Positions 58,929 through 58,939 of a stretch of 58,939 bases of DNA are shown one piece after another. This stretch comes from an uncultured Bacteroidales bacterium. Lineage in GTDB: Bacteria; Bacteroidota; Bacteroidia; Bacteroidales; UBA10428. The notes under the pieces were generated by a model. It had not been told where the DNA came from. It did not search any database and saw only the letters and a program-made list of their open reading frames with translations. Position 1 is the first letter of the stretch. Every line of letters starts with the position of its first letter. The DNA is taken from the NCBI GenBank assembly GCA_964492185.1, contig CAZBJH010000004.1, positions 1-58,939 on the forward strand, in the 5' to 3' direction. Position numbers and translations under genes: made by a program.

Positions 58929-58939
58929 TATTTAGAGTC

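Overview
This is a moderately AT-rich chromosomal segment that looks Bacteroidota-like. Supporting signs are a T9SS-type C-terminal sorting tail on a GH43 enzyme, many lipoprotein/OMP signal peptides, and a hemicellulose esterase/GH43 cluster. About 40 protein-coding genes are supportable from motifs in the supplied ORF translations. They are: a seven-gene menaquinone operon (0.3-7.7 kb, minus strand), a cation/proton antiporter, a B12-binding radical SAM gene, three small or unknown genes, mpl, an APC permease with fused regulatory domains, an SDR, an MBL-fold hydrolase, a three-gene RND efflux operon, methylmalonyl-CoA mutase mutA/mutB, fumC, prfB (with the classical +1 programmed frameshift), recX, prmC, ribD, a secreted TPR-caspase next to a propeller/PP2C (SpoIIE) sensor phosphatase, dxs, an OmpA-family lipoprotein, and a GH43/acetyl-esterase/carboxylesterase cluster with two decayed genes. 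I saw no rRNA, tRNA, CRISPR array, transposase, integrase or recognisable defence genes. The unusual content is non-coding. (1) Family A is a modular, mosaic repeat family whose modules all end in the same ~14-nt terminus (GTGTCTGTCCATAA), are joined and flanked by TA, occupy about a dozen intergenic spacers, and touch several start and stop codons. One module is a 123-nt long hairpin with strand-specific G:T wobbles. (2) Family B is a second inverted-repeat family with the terminus TA-GGGTCTGCTGAAAA. (3) A 607-bp element with ~100-bp inverted ends and nested hairpins lies downstream of the radical SAM gene. All product names rest on motif recognition, not database searches. Mobility or RNA function of the repeats is inference.
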